IMG/VR virus record: IMGVR_UViG_3300034170_000065
Location: 1-36,677 of that record
Origin: a virus
Lineage: Duplodnaviria > Caudoviricetes
DNA length: 36,677 nt
Direction: 5' to 3' (one strand)
This document shows, piece by piece, positions 1 to 8,322 of the stretch (position 1 is its first letter; every line of letters begins with the position of its first letter). Position numbers and translations under genes: made by a program. The notes under the pieces are model-generated. The model did no database searches, was not told the DNA's origin, and worked only from the letters and a program-made list of their open reading frames with translations.

Positions 1-10
1 TTGGTGTGTG

Positions 11-50
11 TATAATCTGGTCTATGGTTGAATGTGTATGCCAAAGGAGG
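11..50 (+). promoter_or_regulatory. -10 box (TATAAT, 11-16) and RBS (AAGGAGG, 44-50) of the protelomerase gene
   Basis: Consensus hexamer and SD 8 nt before ATG 59; the -35 would lie outside the window. Confidence 0.6.
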
Positions 51-58
51 CGCGCAAG

Positions 59-1744
59 ATGAAATCTCAAGGCACAAAGAAGGCGGGAAAAGCTGGCCAG
101 GATTCGGTAGCAGCTCAGAAGGTTAAGGCCGATCTGACGGCGAACCTGCGGGAACAAGAGCGCGTCACCTTCGGCAACGTCGGCGGAGCGACTCGCCAGA
201 AAATAGAGCTGGGCGTGATAATCACGGATCTACTGAAAGAGGTAGAGCAGATCGATAACAACGAGGATCTGACCCGCGCGGAGAAAACCAAGCGCCTCGG
301 CAGGCTGGCCCATAAGGTCAGAACAAAGCTGTATGAGGACGGGCGCAAAAAGGAGGAGGACAAGCTCAAGGCAACGACCTATCGCCGCTACCTGACGGAC
401 ATCCGCAAGGCCATCACCGCCAAAAACTGGCGCCATCACTCGATCGAGGAGGCCTGCCGGCGCCTGGCCAAGCGCCACCCTAAATACGCAGATCAGCTCT
501 TGGCCATGGCTAAGATCGAGGACATTACGCCGCTCCGGATCGCCCACCGCGACCTAAAAAACGAGATCCGCCGCGATGGTGATAACGAGGCCTACATGGC
601 CGTGCGTGACATGAAGCTCGACCACGAAATCATGCGCCACCTTGCGTTACCGCCAGTTACCCGTGACCAGCTCGCCGAAAATGCGGCAGACGTACTCGAG
701 CACAAGGCCACCAACACGATCGAGATCAACTACCACTGGCTTGTAAAGACCGCCAGCGAGCTCTTGGCCGCCCAGCAGCTACGCAGCGACGGATCTGCCG
801 CGCCGTTTTACTCCTACCTTGCTCTCGGGATCGCCATTGCCACCGGGCGCCGTGCTGTCGAAGTGCTCAAGCAAGGAAGGTTCAAAAAGGTCGGCGACTT
901 TGAGCTCGAATTCAGCGGCCAGGCCAAGCAGCGCGCCGGCGTCGACTACAGCTCTAGCTATCGGATCTACACCTTGCTCGATGCCGATACCGTGCTCGAT
1001 GCCATCAAGCGCTTGCGAGCAATGCCGGAGGTAATCGACCTGCAGGATAAGGACAACACCGAAATAAACCGGCGCACGGCGAAGACTCTCAACACCTTGA
1101 CCAAGCGCATTTTCAAGAATGACGAGCGGGTTTTTAGGGACTCCCGCGCTATTTGGGCTCGGATCGTTTTTGAATCCCACTTCAAGCGGGACCCGCGCTG
1201 GCTCAAGGTGAACGAGGAGGTTTTCTGGCGTGAGCAGCTTGGCCATGAGGACATGGATACGCAGGAGAGTTACAAGCAGTTCAAGATCGACTATACCGCA
1301 CCGCCAGCCGAGGCCGAGGGCGCGAGCCGTTTTTCAAGTCGCCTCGAGGCACTCGAGGCACTCGATTCGCACCCCAGCATCCAGGGGCGCGAAGCAATGG
1401 AAAAAATTCACTCCTGGGTTAAAGCGACTATCAAGGAAGAGCCGGCGGCGCGGATCATTCAACGAACGATCGCAACGAACGTCGGCAGCTACCGCCCGAT
1501 AATCAAAGAGTACCTCGATGTTGCATCGGAGGCCCTGGCCAGCCCTAGCCGCCCGCTAAGTGCCATTGCCGCCGAAGTGCCGGCTGAGGTGGTGAAGGCT
1601 AAGCCGCACTTGGTTACACATAAAAACGATGATGGTCAGTGGGTTGCAGTGATCAGTGTCAACGGTGTCGAAGTTGCCAGGGCCGAAGACCCGGACCGCA
1701 TGGCCGCCAGCAAAACCGCTTTCGCTATGATTGCGAAGTCCTGA
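59..1744 (+). CDS. telN: Protelomerase (telomere resolvase)
   Basis: Motifs ATGRRAVEV, FSGQAKQR, FRDSRAIWAR, LGHEDMDTQESY carry the R-K-R-H-Y catalytic set of TelN/TelK; start moved to ATG 59 after AAGGAGG. Confidence 0.95.
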   Translation: MKSQGTKKAGKAGQDSVAAQKVKADLTANLREQERVTFGNVGGATRQKIELGVIITDLLKEVEQIDNNEDLTRAEKTKRLGRLAHKVRTKLYEDGRKKEEDKLKATTYRRYLTDIRKAITAKNWRHHSIEEACRRLAKRHPKYADQLLAMAKIEDITPLRIAHRDLKNEIRRDGDNEAYMAVRDMKLDHEIMRHLALPPVTRDQLAENAADVLEHKATNTIEINYHWLVKTASELLAAQQLRSDGSAAPFYSYLALGIAIATGRRAVEVLKQGRFKKVGDFELEFSGQAKQRAGVDYSSSYRIYTLLDADTVLDAIKRLRAMPEVIDLQDKDNTEINRRTAKTLNTLTKRIFKNDERVFRDSRAIWARIVFESHFKRDPRWLKVNEEVFWREQLGHEDMDTQESYKQFKIDYTAPPAEAEGASRFSSRLEALEALDSHPSIQGREAMEKIHSWVKATIKEEPAARIIQRTIATNVGSYRPIIKEYLDVASEALASPSRPLSAIAAEVPAEVVKAKPHLVTHKNDDGQWVAVISVNGVEVARAEDPDRMAASKTAFAMIAKS

Positions 1745-1985
1745 TGTGATGCACGTTCTCTGACGCTTTTGGTGCCGGGGCATACGCCACCGGCACCGAC
1801 TCCCCTACCTGCCCCGCCAGATCGAGCGCCTCTAGCGCTTTCCCCACCTCTTGACGCATCAAATCGTTTACTTCCATAACGCTGGCCAAATCGGCGTTTG
1901 GTCCCGCCTTTGCCATCAACCCTAGTGCCGCTTCAATCCGATGAAGCCGGCGCGCTGCTTGCTCGATGTGTTCCATGTAGTGCAT
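1725..1985 (-). CDS. Small helical orphan protein (86 aa), candidate SOS-induced antirepressor
   Basis: Purine-rich RBS, LexA box 40 nt upstream, position between tel and repA; function inferred. Confidence 0.65.
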   Translation of the reverse strand: MHYMEHIEQAARRLHRIEAALGLMAKAGPNADLASVMEVNDLMRQEVGKALEALDLAGQVGESVPVAYAPAPKASENVHHIRTSQS

Positions 1986-2025
1986 TTGGTAGCCCTTCCC
2001 TATTTCCGTGCTGGCACTTTAACCA

Positions 2026-2041
2026 CTGTATTTCTATACAG
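2026..2041. promoter_or_regulatory. LexA (SOS) box CTGTATTTCTATACAG
   Basis: Exact CTGT-N8-ACAG with AT-rich spacer; palindrome extends to CACTGTAT..ATACAGTG; overlaps a minus-strand TACACT -10-like hexamer. Confidence 0.88.
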
Positions 2042-2048
2042 TGTAATA

Positions 2049-5000
2049 CTAGTGCGCTCCTTGGTGTAGCCGTTGCGCGTAAGCAAGCATGAAGCCGATT
2101 TGCTTCTCGTCTGCCCCGTCCCGAGAGAGGCCAATTGCCACCTCGGGCGCGAGAGCTTCTACCAAAGCAGCAATTGATGCACCGAGAGGATTGAAAGAGC
2201 GACGAGCGGCAGCGTAAATACGATTGCGGACATCAAGGGGATACTTTTCATCTGACGCTATACCCTCACTCTGCAAAGTCTCCCCCTCGACTGCTGGCGC
2301 GGCCTCTAGGCCGGGTTTTGGCTGGTGCGCTGAGCTGCTGTGCTCATGGGTTGTCAGTGAGTGAACGCCGATGGCCGAGCGGTTTGTCACGTACTGCGAC
2401 ATAAACGACCAGTGCTCAGGGTTGATCTGATACAGCACTCGACCGTGGGACTTGCGGTTTTTCACGCCCAGGCCAATTTTGACCAAGATCGACTTAACAA
2501 GCGTGGTCGCACAGCCGCGTTTTCCACCAAATTTGGCCAGTTTCCCCAGCTTGAGCGAGTTGTAGAGCTCTACCGACTCCTGTGAGGTGTGGATGCGGTC
2601 CAAAATTTCGCGGCAGGCGTCGGCTGAGAACTCTCCAGCGCCCGTTATGGGGTCGAGCCCTAGCGTGGTGAAGGTTTCGAGCAGAAACGCCCTTGTGGCC
2701 GTTTTGAAGCGGGTTTTAGACAGGACCACCCGCGCCTTGCGCTGGGCCTTGTCGTAGGCTCTGGCCTGCTCCTCAGTAGATTGCAGCAGTTCCAGGGCGA
2801 TAACCTTCGAAATACCGCGATCGTCGTAAAATGCCACGTCGTCAGGCGTGATCTCAGAAACCCCGAGCTGGTGCTCGATCTGATAGCGGTCCATCTGCGC
2901 CGCTTCCTCCTCGCTGCGCACTTCCATGCGGTCAAGTTTGGAAAATTGCTCATCAGTTGGGGTCTGTACGCTTTCGATCAATTCCATGCGCCGCCCGAAC
3001 ACCAACTGGCCGCCTAGCTTGCGATTTTTGCGGGAGGCCCGTGCGAGCAGCTCGTCGGTGGCCATGCGAACGACCTTGTAGCCGTCCGCGTGCAGCATCA
3101 TCAGTAGGTTGTTGGCGAAATTGTTCTTGGCGCGGTTTTCGCTCGAGGTGCTGGCGAGGAAAAGCTCGTCGAAAGCGGTTTTCTGCCGGCGCAGCAATAT
3201 CTCTGTGGTCGTTTCTTCAAATTCGCAGCTGATGGCATCAGCAGCCAGCCAGCCGCGATAAATCGCCTCGCGGTCTGTTTCGCGCTGGGTGTTTGTGTGG
3301 CCGATACCGATCAGGTAGTTACGGGCTGTGCGATCGCGGCGGAGCATTTGAACAGCATCGCTCGGGCCGATCGTATTGCCGCTGAAAATACCAATGTGGT
3401 GCTGAAAATGCGGGATTGTCATCGACACGCCCGAGGAAATCGCCGGCGAGTAGATCAGCGCGTCATAGTGAACGGCCTCGCCGCACGGATCGGCGAGGAA
3501 CGCGTCGACCGCTGGGTCTGATTTTGAGTCGCGATGAATCAATAGGAGCTTGGTTTCTGGCCGTTTTTCGAGGACAAGGGCCGCGAGCTTTTTGGCGCTT
3601 TCTGCTGAATCGTTGGCCACCAATACGCGGTTGCCGGCGAGGATCAGGTCGAGCGCTTTCTGCCAAACCGTGTCAGTGTCGGAGTGGGTCACTGTGATGT
3701 GGCTCATAGAGCCGGTGACATCGATAATCGTGATCGGGCGGCCTGGTGCTGCCTCCTCGCACAAGCGGATCACGGAATCGTTGGCGTCAGCGTCACAAAG
3801 CAAAACCCGTTTGGCGCTGGCCATGGCCTCGAGTAGCGCGTCCATTACACGAACAGGCGAATCAACCGGGCCTGTAGTGGTGTGGCGGATAACCTGGCTC
3901 GCCTCGTCGATGCACAGTGTGTCGATGGTGGTGAACCAACTACGATCATCACGGTTATAAAAACGGTCCTTGGTCAGTGAGTTAACGCAGCAGGCCAGAT
4001 GGGTTACATCGAGCATTTCAGCAGATGTAACTTGCTGGTAATGCTGGATATTCAAGCGGCTTGCAGCGTCATCGAGCAGGCTGATTCGGTGGGCGATGTA
4101 GGCGGCCCGTGGCGAGTTCTGCATTACCGGAGCGATCAATCCCTCGGTTTTTCGGGAGCCCATGGGCGCCCGGACGATGACAAAACCCTCGAGTGACTCC
4201 ACCAGATCCGCAATGTGGTCAGGCAGCACGGTGCCGCCGTGGCTGGCCACGACGCCAGGCATTTTCAGGTAGCGAACGTTAGGTTTTGCCAGGGCAGCAG
4301 CGGAAAAACCGCGCAGCTCCTGCACCTCGCTCAGTTTCAGCTTGGCCAGCCATACCGCGCGGCGCCTGATCTTGAACGTGGAGAAGTTGAACCCGGGCGG
4401 TAGTTCATCGATCACGCGGTCGATCACCTGCCTGGTGCTGAACTTGATCGGGACGAGCAACATACCGGCGCCGATGGCGTCAAGCGCCGCTTTCTCGGCT
4501 GATAGGCCGCTGATAGAGATCCGCTGTAGGCGGTACTCGAAATAGTCTTTGGCCGACTTGTAGGAGTCACGCGCTCGAAGGGCCTTAGCCATGGCCTTGA
4601 GGCCGAAAAGACAGTGGTAGTCATTCCAGTCGGTAGGGCCTTCGTAGGCCAGGCGGAACTTGTTGAGCTCCTCCTCGCCGAGATCCTCGAAGGATGGCAG
4701 CACGGCCCAATGCTCAAAGTCTCGGTGAATATCCAGGGCGGCCAGGCGCCCGGCGTTGCCGGATCGGGACCATTGGTCATCATCGGCAGCGTTGATAATG
4801 CGCAGCTTTTCATGGCGACGTTTATAGAGCTGGATCACTTTGCGAAGGTTACCGACGCTGAACGTGATAATCACGGCAACTTCATTTGATGCTGAATGCT
4901 CCGCGAGGAAAACGCTTGCGCCTGTGGCGAAGCCTTCGACGGCATACACACGCTTGGCGCCTTCAATGTCGCCAATGATGCAGTGAAGGCCATCCATTTT

Positions 5001-5789
5001 AACGCCGGTGCCCTGGTACTTGCTTCGGTCGTAGATCCGTTGCAGGCCGCCGAAGTCGCCGTCGATATTGAGCATCGGCACAGCAGTGAAAATGCCGTGA
5101 CGATCACGCATACGCTTTAATTGCACGAATTGAGCAATATCGCCGATCTGCTTTCGCTGTAGATAAGGGGCGCTACCGTCCTCGATGCCGAGCAGCTCTA
5201 CCGTGTCGGTGTCTTCGGCCTGGGTGCGTTTGTCGCGCAGGTACTTGAATTCAACGGCGCCGCCCCTGAACCACACTTGTTCGTAGGCATCACGCTCGGC
5301 CTCGGCGCGTGCAAGGATCAGCGCCTCAAGCCGGTCGGCCTCGGCGCGTTTACGGGCGCGCTCCTCGCTCTTGGCCGCCTGGGCCTTTTTCCATTCTTCA
5401 TGCTTGCTGTCGCAAACGAGGCCGCGATCGCGCTCGTACATTTCCAGCAGGGCCGAGAAGCCAGACCAGACGCTCGAGCCTATGGACGCGTTGTTGTTGT
5501 TAAAGGTGAGTTGCGGGAGCTCTTTGCCGTTGTCCAGCTTATAGAGCTGGCCCCACACCATCAGCTTGCCATTCTGCTTTTTGTCGGTCGCGCCGATTTT
5601 TCGGCGGTACTTGGTGCCCTTGCCTACCGAGTAGGTGACGTCATTGCAGATTGAGGCCCAGTCGACGCCGACTTGACTCGCCGTGTCGGCGATCTCGTTA
5701 AAGCAGTAGTCGAGCAACGAATCGGGGTTCGAGTGAAAGCGATCCTCATAGAAGGATTGCAAGCCTGTGGTTTTGTCTAAATCGGTCAT
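2049..5789 (-). CDS. repA: Multifunctional replication protein RepA (Toprim primase + helicase)
   Basis: AVEGFATGAS and ADDD Toprim motifs; APMGSRKT Walker A; CIDEASQ Walker B; YSPAISSGVS; start MTDLDK after AAGGGA. Confidence 0.9.
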   Translation of the reverse strand: MTDLDKTTGLQSFYEDRFHSNPDSLLDYCFNEIADTASQVGVDWASICNDVTYSVGKGTKYRRKIGATDKKQNGKLMVWGQLYKLDNGKELPQLTFNNNNASIGSSVWSGFSALLEMYERDRGLVCDSKHEEWKKAQAAKSEERARKRAEADRLEALILARAEAERDAYEQVWFRGGAVEFKYLRDKRTQAEDTDTVELLGIEDGSAPYLQRKQIGDIAQFVQLKRMRDRHGIFTAVPMLNIDGDFGGLQRIYDRSKYQGTGVKMDGLHCIIGDIEGAKRVYAVEGFATGASVFLAEHSASNEVAVIITFSVGNLRKVIQLYKRRHEKLRIINAADDDQWSRSGNAGRLAALDIHRDFEHWAVLPSFEDLGEEELNKFRLAYEGPTDWNDYHCLFGLKAMAKALRARDSYKSAKDYFEYRLQRISISGLSAEKAALDAIGAGMLLVPIKFSTRQVIDRVIDELPPGFNFSTFKIRRRAVWLAKLKLSEVQELRGFSAAALAKPNVRYLKMPGVVASHGGTVLPDHIADLVESLEGFVIVRAPMGSRKTEGLIAPVMQNSPRAAYIAHRISLLDDAASRLNIQHYQQVTSAEMLDVTHLACCVNSLTKDRFYNRDDRSWFTTIDTLCIDEASQVIRHTTTGPVDSPVRVMDALLEAMASAKRVLLCDADANDSVIRLCEEAAPGRPITIIDVTGSMSHITVTHSDTDTVWQKALDLILAGNRVLVANDSAESAKKLAALVLEKRPETKLLLIHRDSKSDPAVDAFLADPCGEAVHYDALIYSPAISSGVSMTIPHFQHHIGIFSGNTIGPSDAVQMLRRDRTARNYLIGIGHTNTQRETDREAIYRGWLAADAISCEFEETTTEILLRRQKTAFDELFLASTSSENRAKNNFANNLLMMLHADGYKVVRMATDELLARASRKNRKLGGQLVFGRRMELIESVQTPTDEQFSKLDRMEVRSEEEAAQMDRYQIEHQLGVSEITPDDVAFYDDRGISKVIALELLQSTEEQARAYDKAQRKARVVLSKTRFKTATRAFLLETFTTLGLDPITGAGEFSADACREILDRIHTSQESVELYNSLKLGKLAKFGGKRGCATTLVKSILVKIGLGVKNRKSHGRVLYQINPEHWSFMSQYVTNRSAIGVHSLTTHEHSSSAHQPKPGLEAAPAVEGETLQSEGIASDEKYPLDVRNRIYAAARRSFNPLGASIAALVEALAPEVAIGLSRDGADEKQIGFMLAYAQRLHQGAH

Positions 5790-5799
5790 TTCGTCCCTT

Positions 5800-5831
5800 G
5801 CGCAAAAACGCAAAGACGCAAAAACGCTTAT
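5800..5831. repeat. 8-bp tandem array 1 (GCGCAAAA ACGCAAAG ACGCAAAA ACGCTTAT), putative centromere/operator
   Basis: Read directly; 24 nt identical to the parA-proximal array. Confidence 0.8.
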
Positions 5832-5833
5832 GC

Positions 5834-5861
5834 TTGACACCCCAAGCGTCAGGCCTAAACT
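5834..5861 (+). promoter_or_regulatory. Sigma70 promoter TTGACA-N16-TAAACT, antisense to the repA leader
   Basis: Perfect -35 and near-consensus -10. Confidence 0.7.
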
Positions 5862-5867
5862 GATGGC

Positions 5868-6008
5868 GTGTAGCAACACGTCCGCCTTTTCAAGATGCCT
5901 GCCCGCTAAAACAGACAACTCGATATTGCAAGGTTGGATCAGTAAGCCCCTTTGTGGGGAAATTCAAGCAGAAAGGCTGGGGCCGGAAACCCCGGCCTTT
6001 TTGCTTTT
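5868..6008 (+). ncRNA. Predicted ~140-nt countertranscript RNA over the repA leader
   Basis: Bounded by the promoter at 5834-5861 and the hairpin/T tract at 5972-6008; no convincing CDS. Confidence 0.55.
5972..6008 (+). terminator. Intrinsic terminator
   Basis: AAAGGCTGGGG-ccggaaa-CCCCGGCCTTT followed by TTGCTTTT. Confidence 0.65.
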
Positions 6009-6063
6009 GTGCGTCTTGAAAAAGTAAAAAAAACTAGCGGGTTGCCGCCAGTTTATCCATTTT

Positions 6064-6101
6064 CTCTGTATTCAGTGGAAAACTTTTCTCTGTTTATCGA
6101 A
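6064..6101. promoter_or_regulatory. Putative repressor operators upstream of the repA leader (CTCTGTATTCAGTG, CTCTGTTTATCGAA)
   Basis: 14-bp imperfect palindromes matching those at 6792-6893. Confidence 0.5.
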
Positions 6102-6759
6102 TGATGCCCCGGGAGGTCCTCATCACCATGCCTATGACTACCCCAATCGCTCGAAAATTGCCATCAATCTGCTGCACGGGAAACTGCGGATTCAGTGCGC
6201 GCAAATAGTTCTGAGATCCATCCTGAACAAGTTTTTTGAATGTTGGCGCGGTTGGCTCGGCGGTGTACCCGATCACAAAATCGTTGACTTGGGGCTCTTG
6301 GCTTGGGTCGATGAAAATCAGGGCGCCGGTTGGAAAGGCCGGGCCTGCGGGTGCGTGCATCGATTCATCACGGACGCGCAGAAAGAACCCTCGAGGCGTC
6401 TGTGTATCGAGTGGTATTTCCCACGGAGTACCGCTTGGAAGCCTTGATATATCAGGGTTTTGCGCCCATTCGGCGGCCATTTCCCAAGGCACAACCGGCG
6501 CTCTTTTTGAGTGCTCAGACGGTGCCAGGGGCGAATTAGGCGACGCGCTTTCCTCGATCAGCTTGTCGATCGTTGTGCCAAAAGCGGCAGCGATCGCATA
6601 AGCCTTGTCCACCGAAGGGTTTGAATTTTCCTTTTCAATGTCGCTCACGTACCCGGTATAGATCTGTCCGCCCGTCTCATCGCAGAGCCGTTGCATGGAC
6701 CATCCGAGTTCTCGGCGACGCCGCAATACAGCGGGGCCAATCGTTATCTGTTTCTTCAT
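6094..6759 (-). CDS. cI: CI-like repressor (HTH_XRE + S24 peptidase-fold domain)
   Basis: RRRELGWSMQRL..YVSDIEKENSNPS HTH; FFLRVRDESM and TFKKLVQDG S24 motifs; AGGAGG RBS before MKKQ. Confidence 0.92.
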   Translation of the reverse strand: MKKQITIGPAVLRRRRELGWSMQRLCDETGGQIYTGYVSDIEKENSNPSVDKAYAIAAAFGTTIDKLIEESASPNSPLAPSEHSKRAPVVPWEMAAEWAQNPDISRLPSGTPWEIPLDTQTPRGFFLRVRDESMHAPAGPAFPTGALIFIDPSQEPQVNDFVIGYTAEPTAPTFKKLVQDGSQNYLRALNPQFPVQQIDGNFRAIGVVIGMVMRTSRGIIR

Positions 6760-6791
6760 AGCGGCTTGTTCCTCCTGGCGCCTATTGTCCT

Positions 6792-6893
6792 CTCTGAATG
6801 CTGAACGCATCCATTCCGCATGGAGAGATTTTCTTGCGTATTTCACTCTGTATATAGAGAATGTGGGTCAATCCACATTTGCCCCATACAGAG
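6792..6893. promoter_or_regulatory. Immunity region with four putative 14-bp operators (consensus ~CTCTGTATNCAGAG)
   Basis: 6792-6805, 6814-6827, 6846-6859 (CTCTGTATATAGAG) and 6880-6893, between divergent cI and the early operon. Confidence 0.6.
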
Positions 6894-6906
6894 AGGGTTT
6901 TTTGCT

Positions 6907-7527
6907 ATGGCGAATCGCACGGAAAAGGAAGTCTTGCTCTACCAGACTGCGGAATGGTTTAAAAATTCTCCGTGGTCAGTTGAGGCATTCGCCCACGACG
7001 CACTAGCCCCCGCTTTGGCGGCTGCAGGTCTGATAGAGCCGCTTGGCGTGCCTGACGATGGCGCGGAGTACCTGCGCGATCGCAAGGCCTGGGGTCAGCA
7101 GATCTCCCGCATTTTTCACGGCACCAAGCCGTTCCCGCTTGAATGGAAGTGGGTTTGGATTAACAAGGTAGCAGAGCCTTACCGCACGCGGATTCTGACG
7201 GAGTGCCAGGCGCTGGCCGGCTGCATGAATGTGAAGCTACCCGAGATCCGCACCGTTGACGGTGTGCTGTCTGCTCGGGCGCGCATTGGCGCCGTGATGA
7301 TCGAGGTTGGTGAGTTCTTCACCGCTGCGGCTGAGCCTTCTGGCGATGGCCAATACGATCGAGAGGACTGTCAGGTCGCCGCCAAGGAAATGTTGACCAA
7401 GGGCGTCGAGGCCATACAGGCAATTTTGGCAGAGCTGCACGCGGTTGCAGCCGGCACCGGAGTTGATCTGCCAGCCCTGGCGCTTTCGCCGCTGGCGGCG
7501 TTTGCTGGGGGTGCTGGCCGTGACTGA
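6907..7527 (+). CDS. CII/YdaT-like regulatory protein
   Basis: First gene divergent from cI; RKAWGQQISRIFHG..PYR resembles the YdaT/CII helix pattern; GAGAGG RBS. Confidence 0.5.
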   Translation: MANRTEKEVLLYQTAEWFKNSPWSVEAFAHDALAPALAAAGLIEPLGVPDDGAEYLRDRKAWGQQISRIFHGTKPFPLEWKWVWINKVAEPYRTRILTECQALAGCMNVKLPEIRTVDGVLSARARIGAVMIEVGEFFTAAAEPSGDGQYDREDCQVAAKEMLTKGVEAIQAILAELHAVAAGTGVDLPALALSPLAAFAGGAGRD

Positions 7528-7849
7528 TTCAATTTCGGTGCCAGAATCAAAAAAACGCGTTCGTCCGGTTCGTACTGACAAAATCCGCCAGCAGGACGCG
7601 AAGCGCCAGGCAGAGGCCACCAAGCGCAAGCAAGAGCGCGAGAAGGCGCTCGGGATGCGCGTTTTCTCCGGTGAGATCTACCGCAAAACCGACGAGGATC
7701 TCGCCGCCCTGGTTGCGGCCACCGGCTGTGAGGAGATCGAGGTCGTGGCCAACATGATCTCGAGGCTGCGCGAACTGCAAAGCCGTGATCCTCACGCCTT
7801 CGATGTTTTGACCAGTCACAAGCCGTTGCCGGAGGTGTGGCATGGTTGA
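7520..7849 (+). CDS. Basic hypothetical protein, possibly DNA-binding
   Basis: GTG start overlapping the upstream stop; K/R-rich helix. Confidence 0.6.
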   Translation: MTDSISVPESKKRVRPVRTDKIRQQDAKRQAEATKRKQEREKALGMRVFSGEIYRKTDEDLAALVAATGCEEIEVVANMISRLRELQSRDPHAFDVLTSHKPLPEVWHG

Positions 7850-8099
7850 TTGGATGAAACTTTTCGTGCTCTCGCCCCATATTCGCGTGCTGGCCATCAA
7901 CGAGGCGCCAGCCGGTGGCCCCGCTGGCGTCGTTCGCCTTGAGGCCCGCGTTTTTGGTCATAGCGTCGAACGGCAATACGGACACGCGACGCAGGACGAG
8001 GCTGATTTTGAGTTCGGGCGCCTCGACCCCGTGTCTGTCGCTGACTGGCTGCAAAGCGAAGGCGCGAAGCGGGAGGCCGAACATGCCCGACGCATGTGA
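7842..8099 (+). CDS. Hypothetical protein
   Basis: GGAGG RBS; coupled in operon. Confidence 0.65.
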   Translation: MVDWMKLFVLSPHIRVLAINEAPAGGPAGVVRLEARVFGHSVERQYGHATQDEADFEFGRLDPVSVADWLQSEGAKREAEHARRM

Positions 8100-8322
8100 C
8101 TTCATGGTCGATCTACAGCTCGACGCTGCGGATTTGTTCATGGCCAACCGTGTGGCCGCGTCGATGACCATCGCCGCCGGTTCGGCTGATTGCATTGCCT
8201 GCGGCGATCCTATTGCGGCAAGTCGCCTCGAGGCAGCACCTGAGGCTTGCCGCTGCGTTCCCTGCCAAACCCTTTTTGAATTCCACGGGAGCCGCGCGTC
8301 ATGGAAGCCCGTCAAGTATTGA
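8083..8322 (+). CDS. TraR/DksA C4 zinc-finger protein
   Basis: N-terminal DxxD (MPDACD); CIACGDPI..RLEAAPEACRCVPCQ; GGGAGG RBS. Confidence 0.9.
   Translation: MPDACDFMVDLQLDAADLFMANRVAASMTIAAGSADCIACGDPIAASRLEAAPEACRCVPCQTLFEFHGSRASWKPVKY

Noticed and set aside
59-1744. Integrase call for the first ORF
   Set aside because: The tyrosine-recombinase-like residues occur in protelomerase-specific contexts (FSGQAK, DSRAIWAR, LGH..TQ.SY); no att sites or host flanks are visible
1745-2048. VqmA/LuxR-like quorum-sensing receptor as in VP882
   Set aside because: No room for, or ORF encoding, a transcription factor in this interval
5790-5918. N-terminal extension of the repA ORF containing VFASLRFCA, shared with the parA ORF extension (36370-36555)
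   Set aside because: Artefact of translating the same 8-bp DNA arrays; both genes have good RBSs at downstream ATGs
6846-6863. CTGTATATAGAG as a second LexA box
   Set aside because: Lacks the ACAG half-site at the correct spacing; fits the 14-bp operator family better
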